DNA of 64,000 nucleotides, taken from positions 1-64,000 of IMG/VR virus record IMGVR_UViG_3300021964_010186. One strand, given 5' to 3'. The notes below the pieces were generated by a model. It saw nothing but the letters and a program-made list of their open reading frames with translations, did not search any database and was not told the DNA's origin. Numbering within the stretch: the first letter of the stretch is position 1; each line of letters starts with the position of its first letter. Of the stretch, positions 46,662-57,800 are shown one piece after another. Made by a program: the position numbers and the translations under genes. Origin of the DNA: a virus.

Positions 46662-48227
46662 TTAATAGTCTTTTAGTAGTAATTTATACCTGTCTTTTAC
46701 AAACGGTTTCGCGACGAATCCCAGTACATAGCAGAAGGATTCACCTATGAATCTTGCCACTTTGCCAAAAACACTTCCCACGGGTCTGCCTCCCATTTTG
46801 TAGGATATCTCTTTGCCCCTCTCTTGGGCACAAAGCAGTGTCCACCATATCCAGAACCTTGCCCAGATCGTTTTAGAATTTTCATTTTTCTCCATCCACT
46901 TCACTAAGGGCAACGCCCATAGCCAGTATCCAATTTTGACATTTTCACTTAGATGCTGTCTCGACCATTCATAGTCGCATTGTAGATCTGTGAGATTGAA
47001 CAGTCCCTTATGATAGAAATAAGTGCAGATCACACGTGGATTACTTCCACTGCCCTTGTCGGTGTTGCCCTGTGAGGTTCCTAACCAAACGGCCTCCACT
47101 CCCTCGATACCACCCCATTCCTGTCGTCCGATTCTAGGAGTGGCCACCCTCAGATCATTGTCTCCTCCAGTATCGACACTAGTGTACGAAGGGGCCACTG
47201 GGGTACCAGCCACTCCCGCCGTCCCTGATGTGGGATTTCCTGTGGCATCACCAAATAATGCATAATTTATTGTGAACAACACATCAGACGCGAATATGGC
47301 CTTCCACTGTCCCGACACTTTGGTGTATGCCGCCGTGATGTTCTTCCACGTGCCCGATACCTTGTGATACATGCTGTTCAATTTTTTCCAAGCACCACCT
47401 ACCTTGTAGTTGGATGCTGACGGTATGTTGAAAATCAGTACTGCTCTACCATTGCCTCCTGCTGTCTGTGATGTTCCTCCTACTGCTACTCCTGTTGCGT
47501 AATATCCACTTGCTGTGCCTCCTGGTGTCACACCAGAACCGTCGTCTGATGAACCTGAAGCGGGCACGGTGTTTGATCCTGCCCTTCCTCCGAATGCTCC
47601 TATATCTCCCTGATCTCCCGATCCTCCAGTGCCTCCATCGGCACCACCACCACCTGCACCGGCTCCTCCACCATCTGCGTTGTGTCCTGCCCCGTTCTCT
47701 CCCAGCGTGCCTGGTGTGGCCGCTGTGGGATTGTTACTGTTTGCTCCTACACCTCCTGTTGATAACCTACCGGCACCACCACCTCCGGCTCCACCGCCCG
47801 CTATTGCTAACACTGTGTTGTCTACCGACTCCCCGTCGGCGAATATTGAAACTATCGTGGCACCGCCGCCACCGCCGCCTGAACCTGAGGCTCCTGTGGG
47901 ACCGGATGGTCCTCCCGTTCCCCCTGAATATGCTGTGAGACTCTTGCCATTTGTTCCACCCGCGGCTCCACTACCTGAAGTTCCGCCCTTGCCACCACCT
48001 CCTACTGCAACTGCGATGTTTTTGATGCCGGCATATGATGTCATGTCTATGTCTGTTTTTGTCACGTAGTGACCAGCGGATCCCGAGCCACCATCACCAC
48101 CTGCGTCTGCGCCTCCGCCTCCGCCAGCACCTGCCCAAAGGTGTACTGTTAGAGTTGTGGTCCCAGCAGGAACTTCTGCTATCCTTACTCCGCCTTCGTA
48201 TGTGAAAGTCTTAGTTACTATGGCCAT
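46662..48227 (-). CDS. Glycine-rich virion/tail protein with C-terminal VICT domain
   Basis: Poly-Gly tracts, three KVxGxWK repeats, then RVICTYF...GYWLWA domain. Confidence 0.7.
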   Translation of the reverse strand: MAIVTKTFTYEGGVRIAEVPAGTTTLTVHLWAGAGGGGGADAGGDGGSGSAGHYVTKTDIDMTSYAGIKNIAVAVGGGGKGGTSGSGAAGGTNGKSLTAYSGGTGGPSGPTGASGSGGGGGGATIVSIFADGESVDNTVLAIAGGGAGGGGAGRLSTGGVGANSNNPTAATPGTLGENGAGHNADGGGAGAGGGGADGGTGGSGDQGDIGAFGGRAGSNTVPASGSSDDGSGVTPGGTASGYYATGVAVGGTSQTAGGNGRAVLIFNIPSASNYKVGGAWKKLNSMYHKVSGTWKNITAAYTKVSGQWKAIFASDVLFTINYALFGDATGNPTSGTAGVAGTPVAPSYTSVDTGGDNDLRVATPRIGRQEWGGIEGVEAVWLGTSQGNTDKGSGSNPRVICTYFYHKGLFNLTDLQCDYEWSRQHLSENVKIGYWLWALPLVKWMEKNENSKTIWARFWIWWTLLCAQERGKEISYKMGGRPVGSVFGKVARFIGESFCYVLGFVAKPFVKDRYKLLLKDY

Positions 48228-48231
48228 GGGA

Positions 48232-49647
48232 TTACACCTCCCTTACGAACCAAAAGTCCCCGTCATTACCATCTCCGCTTGTCGGCGCGGATGTTGAAAC
48301 TGTTTTTAGAGACCCACCCCATTGATTGCTGAGGGTAGCCACCGCACCTATTGTAGGTACATTTAGGTTTGAAGTGTCAGTGTATGTTATGGATCCAACC
48401 GCACCCAAAGTTGCAGAAGTCACTTTTACGTTACCCGCCGCTGATGTCTTTAGAACCTTTTCTTTGTTTGCGTCACCGTCGGCTACAGCATCCGATAATC
48501 TAATCACTTGTGAATAAGTTCCGTTTTCTCCCGCCGTCCAGTAGTTCTCCGAAACATCATAGAACATTCTGGCGTCATCAGTGTCTGATGTCTCAACAAT
48601 CAGTCCCGCATCCGCTTCGCTGTTTCCGGAGTTTACTTTAATGAATGCATCATCGTACGTTGAAACGTTTGAAACTGAACTGTTGTATTCTCCTGATATG
48701 TTTAAATTACCTGATATCGTCACATCACCTGTGAGTGTGATGTTTCCTGAAGCACCTGTGAATGCCAATGGTGTTTTGGTCACACCGCCATCATTGATTG
48801 TGAAACTTAAATCCTTATCTTCTGATGTCTGTGCTATGGTCACATGGTTGCTTGAAACCGATATGGTAAGTTCTTGTGCATCACCCACAATGATTCCAGT
48901 GTCGTTGTCTACGGTCAGTGCACCTGTTGTGGTATCAGAGGCATCTGCCCTTAGGAAGTTTCCACCAGCGATTATGCTCGCTGATGTATTTGTTGTGGAA
49001 GAAACATCAATAGATGAAGCCTGTGTGCTTGATCCTTCAAAAACTGAGCCTAACGTTGAATTTAAAGTTATTCCCGCTTTGATCTGGGAGAAACCCGCTT
49101 GTGATACCGAAGGTGTGAAAGTTTCTTTAGAAAGTATCGCTACCCTTGTACCTCCTGCGTACATTGAAGAGACAACTTTGTTACCACCTGAACTAGCCAG
49201 CGTCTCGATCTTCCAACCCGACTGTGTCTGACCTGCTGTAAAGGCCGGTCCTACTAGTTCCCACTTGTCATTGACTTGGTGAGATCTAGAATCTCCTGTG
49301 TAGACGAAAACTTGATCGTTTGTAGAATCTAACCAAAGGTCTCCCGCTGATGGTGATGTTGGCAGTGTTGAACTGGCCCTAGCACCGCCTGTGGGTTTGA
49401 AGCTCGTGCCATCGTAAACTTTTATAGTGTTAGAGTTGGTGTCAAACCATAACTCTCCCTTTAGAGGTGATGTGGGTGCAGAGGTTGAAGCGGCGTTCTC
49501 TAATAGTTTAACAAGGTTCTCGTTAAGACCTTCACCAAAACCTGAATATGATTTTCCAAACAACTGCAACGAAGTGGTATTGTCCACTGTTCCGTCTGTG
49601 ATAGTTGTTACTACTGTCCCGTCTGTTTTGTTAATTGTGTACGCCAT
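48232..49647 (-). CDS. Tail fibre-like protein (paralog family)
   Basis: Same N-domain as 44613 and 49658; ends APTSGDGNDGDFWF. Confidence 0.7.
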   Translation of the reverse strand: MAYTINKTDGTVVTTITDGTVDNTTSLQLFGKSYSGFGEGLNENLVKLLENAASTSAPTSPLKGELWFDTNSNTIKVYDGTSFKPTGGARASSTLPTSPSAGDLWLDSTNDQVFVYTGDSRSHQVNDKWELVGPAFTAGQTQSGWKIETLASSGGNKVVSSMYAGGTRVAILSKETFTPSVSQAGFSQIKAGITLNSTLGSVFEGSSTQASSIDVSSTTNTSASIIAGGNFLRADASDTTTGALTVDNDTGIIVGDAQELTISVSSNHVTIAQTSEDKDLSFTINDGGVTKTPLAFTGASGNITLTGDVTISGNLNISGEYNSSVSNVSTYDDAFIKVNSGNSEADAGLIVETSDTDDARMFYDVSENYWTAGENGTYSQVIRLSDAVADGDANKEKVLKTSAAGNVKVTSATLGAVGSITYTDTSNLNVPTIGAVATLSNQWGGSLKTVSTSAPTSGDGNDGDFWFVREV

Positions 49648-49657
49648 TTGCTTATAT

Positions 49658-51154
49658 TTAGCACCTTCCCACTACAATGTTAATTGTGCCTATTTCCTCC
49701 GATTCGTGGTCTTCTAATGCCTTTCCTATGATTGTTCCTGGTGCTGGATCATGTGCCTTTTCGGCCACGCCATGATGTTTCGCATGGGTTGACAGCATGT
49801 CACCTTTTCTTATGTGACCCGAAACTTTACATTTTACTTTACCCATTAATGCCACGGGTAGACCTTCTGAACCTGAATTCATTAGGTAGGCAGGATTTTC
49901 ACTGATCACTCCGGCAACTCTAGTATCGTTGCCCATTTTTGAAATCGTTATCTCTTTATTGCCGCCAAAGATCACGACCGTTCCCACTTCGTACTCCACG
50001 TCTGATTCGTAGATCTCCGCCAAGTCAGCGTACTGAGCCGATGTGGCTTTGGCGTAAACAGTGTTATAACCTTTTAGACTTGTGCCTATGTCATAACTGG
50101 CATCCGTGTCTGGTGTGATTGCCTTGGAAGTCAAAGTTCCTCCCATGGTCAACGTGGTCATCGAGTTGGCACCCGTGCTGGTGATGTTTCCAGTCACATT
50201 GCCTGTTAGTGGTCCTGCGAATGTTGTGGCTGTGACAGTTCCGGACACTTGTAATTTCGTGCTTGGGGTCGTCGTGCCTATACCCACCCTGGACTCTGAT
50301 CCGTCTATAGTCATCACTGTTGTGGTCGTGCCACCATCATTCACTTTGAAAGTGATATCAGTGTCCTGTACTACGTTAGAAATTATTGCCCCTGTGGCAT
50401 CCACCGTCAATGTTAGGTCACTGTCGGTTCCTACGATTAATCCACCGTCATTGGCTATCGATAAAGTTCCTGAAGTTGTGTCGTTGGCATTGGACCTCAG
50501 GTAGTTGGCCGCGGCCACACCGCCCAGTGCGTCCGCATCTGTGGCAGTACCTTGGAATTTTGTGTCTGCTATGGCTGTTGTAAGCGTGATACCCTTCTTG
50601 ATAGTGGCGAATCCCGATAATGAGACTTTTGGTGTGAAGGTGTCTTCTGATATTATGGCTATGAGGTTACCATCATTGTACCACTTGGTGATGTTCTGAC
50701 TGGCGTCCGTTGAGTCTAGTATGGTGTCAAAGGTGAAACCATTCGTCGTTCCCGTTGAACTCGGCGGTCCCACTAATACAGAAGCAGTTCCGTTGTAGAA
50801 ATAGAGCTGTCCCGTGTCGGAGTCTATCCATAGATCCCCTTGTGTCAGTGATCCTGGTGCCGAGGACTGGTAGGGAACGTTACCACCCGACGGTACGAAT
50901 CCCGATCCCGAGTAGACCTTCAACCTGTTGGCCGAACTGTCATACCACAGTTGTCCTGTTATGGGTTTGGTTGGTGCGGAAGTGTTCGCGAAATTCTCTA
51001 ACAAATGGAGGAAGTTCTCCGCTATCAGTTCTCCGTAACCCGCATAGCCCTTGCCTATAAATGAGAGATCCGTCTGCGTGTTGACCACACCATCCTGTAC
51101 TGTGTACTGGTTCGGTGATGACGAACTATTTGTCTTGTTGACCGTGTATGCCAT
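49658..51154 (-). CDS. Tail fibre-like protein with C-terminal intramolecular-chaperone-like domain
   Basis: Same N-domain; RVGIGTTTPSTKLQVSG fibre motif; ATSAQYADLAEIY C-domain. Confidence 0.72.
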   Translation of the reverse strand: MAYTVNKTNSSSSPNQYTVQDGVVNTQTDLSFIGKGYAGYGELIAENFLHLLENFANTSAPTKPITGQLWYDSSANRLKVYSGSGFVPSGGNVPYQSSAPGSLTQGDLWIDSDTGQLYFYNGTASVLVGPPSSTGTTNGFTFDTILDSTDASQNITKWYNDGNLIAIISEDTFTPKVSLSGFATIKKGITLTTAIADTKFQGTATDADALGGVAAANYLRSNANDTTSGTLSIANDGGLIVGTDSDLTLTVDATGAIISNVVQDTDITFKVNDGGTTTTVMTIDGSESRVGIGTTTPSTKLQVSGTVTATTFAGPLTGNVTGNITSTGANSMTTLTMGGTLTSKAITPDTDASYDIGTSLKGYNTVYAKATSAQYADLAEIYESDVEYEVGTVVIFGGNKEITISKMGNDTRVAGVISENPAYLMNSGSEGLPVALMGKVKCKVSGHIRKGDMLSTHAKHHGVAEKAHDPAPGTIIGKALEDHESEEIGTINIVVGRC

Positions 51155-51882
51155 TAGTATCCTGTGTTACCACCCGATGTTGTTCCGCTCACTGTGTTGG
51201 ACGTTGACAGTGCTGTAGAACTTGTCTCGGTGAATGTTGTTAAACTCTGTATCCTCAGTGTGTAATCGATCTGTATCAGTCTGTTCAGTGACTTCTGTAC
51301 CGGATGGAATATCACGTGTGTCAGTAACTTGTTGGTCGACCCGTTCTCCGTTCCTTCCCAACTCTTAAGACCCAGTTCATCGAAAACATAGTCGCCGTTG
51401 AAATCGGTGGTGTTGTCAAACGCGGCCTGTCCTGTGGGTTCACCATAGTCAAGTGTACAGGTAACCACTATGTCTGTGTACTTGTTGCCCGCCGTGTGTC
51501 TCACTTCCATCTTGTTCCTGGTTGTGTCCTTGTTTGTGGCCGAGTTGTCGTCGATCACTTTATAGTATGTCTGATTGTAAAGTGAAGCATTGGTTCCTGT
51601 CGAGTTAGGTGTGAGGTAAGTGATGATACCCGTTGGGTCAACGCTTGTGCCTCCGTTGCCAAACGCCATCTCGTGTACGAATCCTGTGGTCTTGTTTGCA
51701 AGAGAATTTGCCAGCGCCTGAGACATGTTTTCGTAGTGTATCGCGTTCCTCTTGTCAACGATCACTTCGCCCGTCTCTGGATCGAAAATCTTTATGTGCC
51801 CCGTCATCATAACACCCGTGTTATCCTGAGGCTTGTTGTTCTCTTCTTTTGTTTCAGTTGGTTTGTTGTCTTGCTGTGTCAT
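51154..51882 (-). CDS. Conserved virion structural protein (baseplate/tail)
   Basis: GHIKIFDPETGEVIVDKRNAIH, MAFGNGG, TLDYGEP, FDELGL, THVIFHPVQKSLNR. Confidence 0.7.
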   Translation of the reverse strand: MTQQDNKPTETKEENNKPQDNTGVMMTGHIKIFDPETGEVIVDKRNAIHYENMSQALANSLANKTTGFVHEMAFGNGGTSVDPTGIITYLTPNSTGTNASLYNQTYYKVIDDNSATNKDTTRNKMEVRHTAGNKYTDIVVTCTLDYGEPTGQAAFDNTTDFNGDYVFDELGLKSWEGTENGSTNKLLTHVIFHPVQKSLNRLIQIDYTLRIQSLTTFTETSSTALSTSNTVSGTTSGGNTGY

Positions 51883-51891
51883 CTAGTGTAT

Positions 51892-54800
51892 TTATTCAGG
51901 TGCATTTGTGGGCTCTTGTGCTATGAATCTAGCCTGTTGAGTCGTAGAAGCCTGTAATCCCTTGCCGTCCGCTGGATTACCATCTGCTCCTGTGTACCAG
52001 ACCTGTCCTTTCTTGTGTAATATTTTTATCTGCGTGCCTGAAGCGGGTGCTGTCGTGTGTAATGTCACAGCAGTCGTGCTTCCGTCCACAGAATAGTTTA
52101 TGGTTGATCCATCCTCGCTAGTGAGCAACAATCGTTGGCCACCAATGAATATGTCTAACTCACTAGCGGATGATGGTGTTTGTGATAGTGCGAATGTCAG
52201 TGTGCTACCGTCACCTGTGAAGGTGGTGGTGTACACTGTGTCCGCGTAAGGGATGGTTTGAGTACCAGACGCATCTACCACTTCCGTGCCTGATCCATGC
52301 TCCTTAATTCCTGTTCCCAGGGTTCCACGCCTTAGTTGTCCCAGCGTGTTGCCTGATTTCGTGAAGTATTCTATACGCTCCTTGTCTATGAAGATCACAC
52401 CCGGGGTGTTACTGGCCACGTTTGGTGTGCCTAGCACCGTGCCGTCCGCGACCGTTATGGTCTGTGTGCCCTCGGTCATGTCCTTTGTCAATTTTGTTGT
52501 TGCAGTCTTGCTGATCCTCTTGTAGAAGGTCCTGTTCATCATGTCCTTGAATATCCTGAATCCCGTGGCGCCCACCGCGGAGTCAAGTGCGAAGTACATC
52601 ACATCCAGCCTGTCCGCGGATGTGATAGTCTTGCCCACTATGGTTATCTTGGTGTCATCTGAAGTGAAGTAAGATCCTTGTGTGATCTGCTCTCCGTTCA
52701 ACCAAACATACATGTATGTGGCGTTGAGTGGTTTGAATCTCAAGTAGAACTCACCCGATGGTTGTCCTTCCAGCACTTCCCTTCGCTGTTTCATGCCCAG
52801 TGCGTTGTTGAACGTGGTCACTGATATCACGTCTGATGATGACAGAGAATACGGTGAAGTGATAGCACTAGGTAACAGTATGATATCCGTGCCTTCATTG
52901 TAGTAGTGATTGTCAACCAGTGTTGATATACATATCACATCTGTTGATGTTGGAACCGCACCAGAAACAAATTCCACGTTCTGATTGCCGATGTCCACCG
53001 TGTAGTCCGTGTTTAAATTTTTCTGCACACCGTTCACGAAGACTTGTACCTGACTTGCCGATGTGATTGTCTTGGCCGGATCCACTGTTGAGTCCTCACC
53101 CAGTCCTGACACCACGCCGTACGTGTACGTGCTTCCGTCACCTAGGTAGTAGGTGTTGTCTGGTCCACGCAACATCCTGCCATTGACTTCCACCATTGTG
53201 AGACCCGAGTATGGTCCTATAGATCCTGGTGGGTAGGTCAGTGTGTGCCTATTGGTCGAGCCATCATAGGTGATCGCTTGGTTACTGATGCTGGCGTAAC
53301 TCCTCGTTGATGTAGTCGACTTGTTGAATCCCGCTACCTGTATGAACTCACCCGCGGCCGGTGCCGATGTGAATGTGACCGTAATGGTGTTGGCAGTCGT
53401 GGTGGTTGTGTATGCGGTTGTTGGTACCCCGTCTATGGTTATGTACATATCACTGGACGTTGAGTCTAGATTGAACTCTCCCCTCGTCGATGTCAAGAAT
53501 ACCGCAGTCGATCCATCCCCTGTGAAAGTGTCCAGCACCCTGTAGTTCTCACCTGATATCGCAAACACCTTGGTGGATATCACGCTCAGGCTCGCCGGTG
53601 CTGACGTAAATGTTATGGTCTTGTTGGCCACGTCCACCGTGTAGTCGGTCGTCAGTTTCTTGATCACTCCATCCACTGCCACTGTCACTGATCCCAGTGT
53701 TCCTGGGTAGTCGCCTATAGAATATGTTGTGGTCAGCCCATCGCCCCTGTAGTTCTTCTCACTTATGAACGGCACTCCCGATTCCGGTGATGTGTATACC
53801 TTGATATCTAGTGTGTCGAACAACTGTCCAGGTACAACCTCCTCTGGTGCGTAACTGGTGTCTGGTGTGACGAACCCGTCACCCTCTAGCAAGATGTCGC
53901 TCGGTGCGTAACCCAGTGCCGAAGTGAACAGTCCACCCTTGATTATGCTGTCCAATGTCCTGTCATCCGTTGGTGTCAACACGCCGTCGTCATCGAAAGG
54001 AATGAATTCCACCAATGCGTTCTCTTCTGGTGTTTCACTAATGGTAAAAGTCGCTGTGGATCCGTCGCCCCTTATGACGTCTGATAATTTTTTCCTTGTG
54101 CTGTCATCCTGTGTCAGGTAGACCTGATAAACCTCAGTTGTAGCGGGCGCTGTATCAAAAGTGTATGACGCTGTTGATCCGTCTGCCCTGAACGCCTTGA
54201 CCCTTGAGTTGCCATAGTTGTCCCATGGGAAGTCATACCATCCGGACCTGTCCCAACCCTGTTCTTGATTGAACAACAATCCCGTCACCATTGTTCCACC
54301 GTAGTCCACGCCCAACATCACTTGATCCAGTTCGTTGCCCGGCATTCCGGTGCCCGGCGTGTAGAATCCCTTGGTCCTGTCCGCCGCCGTCAGTCCGGTC
54401 TCGTTACCGTACACCTTGTACACGCTTCCGATGTTGTCATCGAAGTCAGTGGTTGAAGTGAATGCGTTCGTCACCTTGTATAATTGGTCGTTGTATCTGA
54501 TCAGATCGTTGTAGGCGTAACTGGTGCTGGCCGCCCAATCCACCACACGTGAAGTGCTTGACACCCTGTCAAACTTGATTGTGGTGTCAAAATCCCTGAC
54601 GAGATCGTTGTTGAGATTTGCGTAGGCTTTAGCAGTATCAGTCGGAGTTGATCCATCCGTCTTACCACCTGAGAGTATGACCGTTGGTGTCGCTGTGTAG
54701 TTCGCACCTATGCCCGTGACCGTTATCCTCGTGACCGCACCATCCCTTATGGTCGCCGTGGCCGTGGCCGCGGTTGTCGTTGGTGTTACGTACATCTTGA

Positions 54801-57800
54801 ACGTGCCTGATTTGGTGCCCTGTGCTTCGCTGGTGGACGCTGTGGGTCCATAGAACGTGCCCGAGTAACCGTCAAACGTGTATGATTTGGTCGTGCCCGC
54901 ACCACCGTTCTGGGAGTCATATATCTCGGCCTGTTTCTGGCTGGTGAACAGAGGATAGTAGTATCCGAATGATCCCGATGTGGCACCAGATGAACTCGTA
55001 GCCTGAATCTGGAATGGTCCTGTTGATCCCGTCGTGCCTCCCACTATGGTCACTGTTGGTGCCACTTCATAACCTGATCCTCCAGCGGTCACTGTGATGG
55101 ATTGCACATACTTCTTGTGGTAGTCGTTCCACATCTGCCATGGGTACTGTGTGAGCTTGTCGGTGTCTAACGAAACGTTCAGTGATCTTATCTTGCCCGT
55201 GTCGCTGTCATAGAATGGAGGATTGTCAAAGTCCGTGAATATACCGTCCTGTGTGTCAGTGCCTGTGTAACCCAGTTTGTACTCCCTGAGCTTGGTGTGG
55301 AAAGGTTTGACTTCGTTGATGTAGCTCTCTATCCAACTGTCCGTGCCTGTGGTGTATGTCTTACGTTGGTCCAACTGCCTCACCGAGTTCTTGGCGTTTA
55401 TGAATGACGTCCTGAACATCCAGTCCACATAGGTCTGTTCTTCGAGTACTTTACGTAATCCTGTGAAGAAAAGTGTGTTGTACTCCACAGCGAGATCATT
55501 GATGAAAAGATCGTCCCGTAGTGCTGTCAATATTTTTCTAGTCTCGATGCTAGGTTCTTGGTCAAAGAAGTTGTCATCAAAGTTGTCCTCTCCCGCGAAT
55601 CCCGTGGAATCCTGTGAGTAGTCATACAGTTTAGTAGATAATCTTATGGTTCCGTTCTCCGTGCCCACGTTCTCCCAACCTGTGGCGGTCCTCATGAACA
55701 GTTTCCAGCCGCCCGTGTCGGCACTGGTGACCTTGACATGTTTGCCCACCGCTAATTCTAATGTATCTAATTCATACTGGTATGTGACCTGTTTGTCGAT
55801 TTTTGTGTCTTCATCATGTGCCATGTCGCCCGTGGTCTTGTACCAGTCGGTGTAACTCCAGTACGCCGATGTGTTGTAGGTCTGTATTTTTGTCCTTGAC
55901 CATTCTGTGCCGTCCCACGTGTATATGGCCCAGAAGTTATTTGCCGTCTCGTCCGCCTTGACCAGGTACTTCACAGTTCCTGAAAGGTCAGCCGTGTTGA
56001 TGTAGGTCAATTCAGCATATGTATCCACCGAAGAGTCCCACTCTAGGCTCTCTGCGGTTGGCTCTGGATCCTTGGCGTCTAGGTTTGTAAGATTGATCTG
56101 TCCGACCAATTGATTCTTCTTCAGTACCGAGTTGGCATAATCTATGATCTCTTTCAATGCCGAATACCTGTCCACGTACCAGCTCTGCCTAGGCCTTGTG
56201 TTGTTGCCGTACTTCTCGTTCAATGGTAATTCCACGTCAGGGACCAAATCCCCCGCGGAGTTCTTGCCTATCAGTGAGTCCCACCAACGTGTCTCTATCT
56301 GTTGTCCCGGCCTGTACTCCTTGTCGCCCTCCCTGGCCAGTTTCCAAACGCTGTGTGCATCACCATCGAACGTGTTGGTCCTGATGTCGATGTTGAGGAC
56401 TATGTCATTGTTGACCAAATCCTTGACGTTGTTGATCACGAACTTGTTGGTGCCCGTGATGGAGTAATATTTGAAATCGAATCTGGTCGGATTCGCTATG
56501 AGGTTCGCCACGTACGAAGCCGAATTCTTCCTGTTGACGACACTATCTGTGGGAACCGTTGACTTGTTCCTGACCCAGTAGTAATAGTAGTTGACGAACG
56601 CATCCAACCTAGAGCTGTATTTCTGTACCACTGTGTACTGTGAATTATCGCCGTAAAGTGCGGTTCCGGATATGGTTTGCCCTGTGCCCCTGATCCTATT
56701 ATTCCATTCGCTCGGTAGCAGTGTCGATTCCGTCCATTCATAAATGTCTATGCTGGAACCAGGGAAAAATTTTCCCCATGTGTTAGTCCTGTACTCCTGT
56801 GTGTCTTGTTCGTACCACAACCATTTGACCGTCGATAGATCCCACCAGATCTCGCCCTTGTGGTTCTCCGCCCATGGCGTCTTGCTGTTGGCGTTGGGGC
56901 CAAAGTTATAAGTGGCCGGATCCCATGTGGTCTTGATGTTGATCTCCCTATCGGCCAATCCTAATATCCTACCCTTTATAGGATCGTACAATTCGTAGTA
57001 GTCCCTAATCTGTTTGGTCTTGTTGTTGAATTCAAAGACCTGTCCCAATTTGTCTATGTCCATCAACGGTGTTTCCGTGACCAGGTTCTTCCAAGCGTAC
57101 TCTCCATTGACTGTTAAGTCGAAACAAGCAACCGTACCGTCGTTGCTGATCTTGGAACTGCCGTCGGCTGTGTCTATGTTTCCGTCATCCTGTGGTGATC
57201 CCACGAACACTGAATTGTCAATCATGCACACACCACGGCCGAAATCATCATTCTCACTCACACTGTTGTTGATCAGTTTGTCATCGATCACGAACTTGGT
57301 GTTGTACATAGTGGCCGTGAATGCCCCACCTGAACCCGTGTTGAGATCAACGAAGTTAGTGTCCTGTAGATCGAACGTGGTCTCACCAGAATCGAACTTC
57401 ATCTCTCTGCTATTTGCGAAATTTTCTGACCCTATCACTATCCTTGTTCCTGATTGATTTATGTCCAACGCCGTGCCAAACTTCATGTTGGTTTGTGATT
57501 CTGGAGAACTGATCGTCTGTTGTAATGTGTATGTGTTGGTAGAATCATCCGCGTTCCATTTGTAGTAGTAGACAGCACCTGTGTCTGGATTATCGGTTCC
57601 GTCCACTCCCGGTGCTCCTATGATCAGTGTTGTGCCGTCTTTGTTCATTGCCAGTGACTCACCGAACGCCGTGTTCAATGATGAACCGTCGCTGGCCACA
57701 CCTGTTATCGTCTGTGCCAGTGCGAATGAGTTCTGTGTGCTTCCGTCGTTGCTCTGTGATGTCTTGATGAATATTTCCACCTTGCCCGCGTTGCCTGGCG

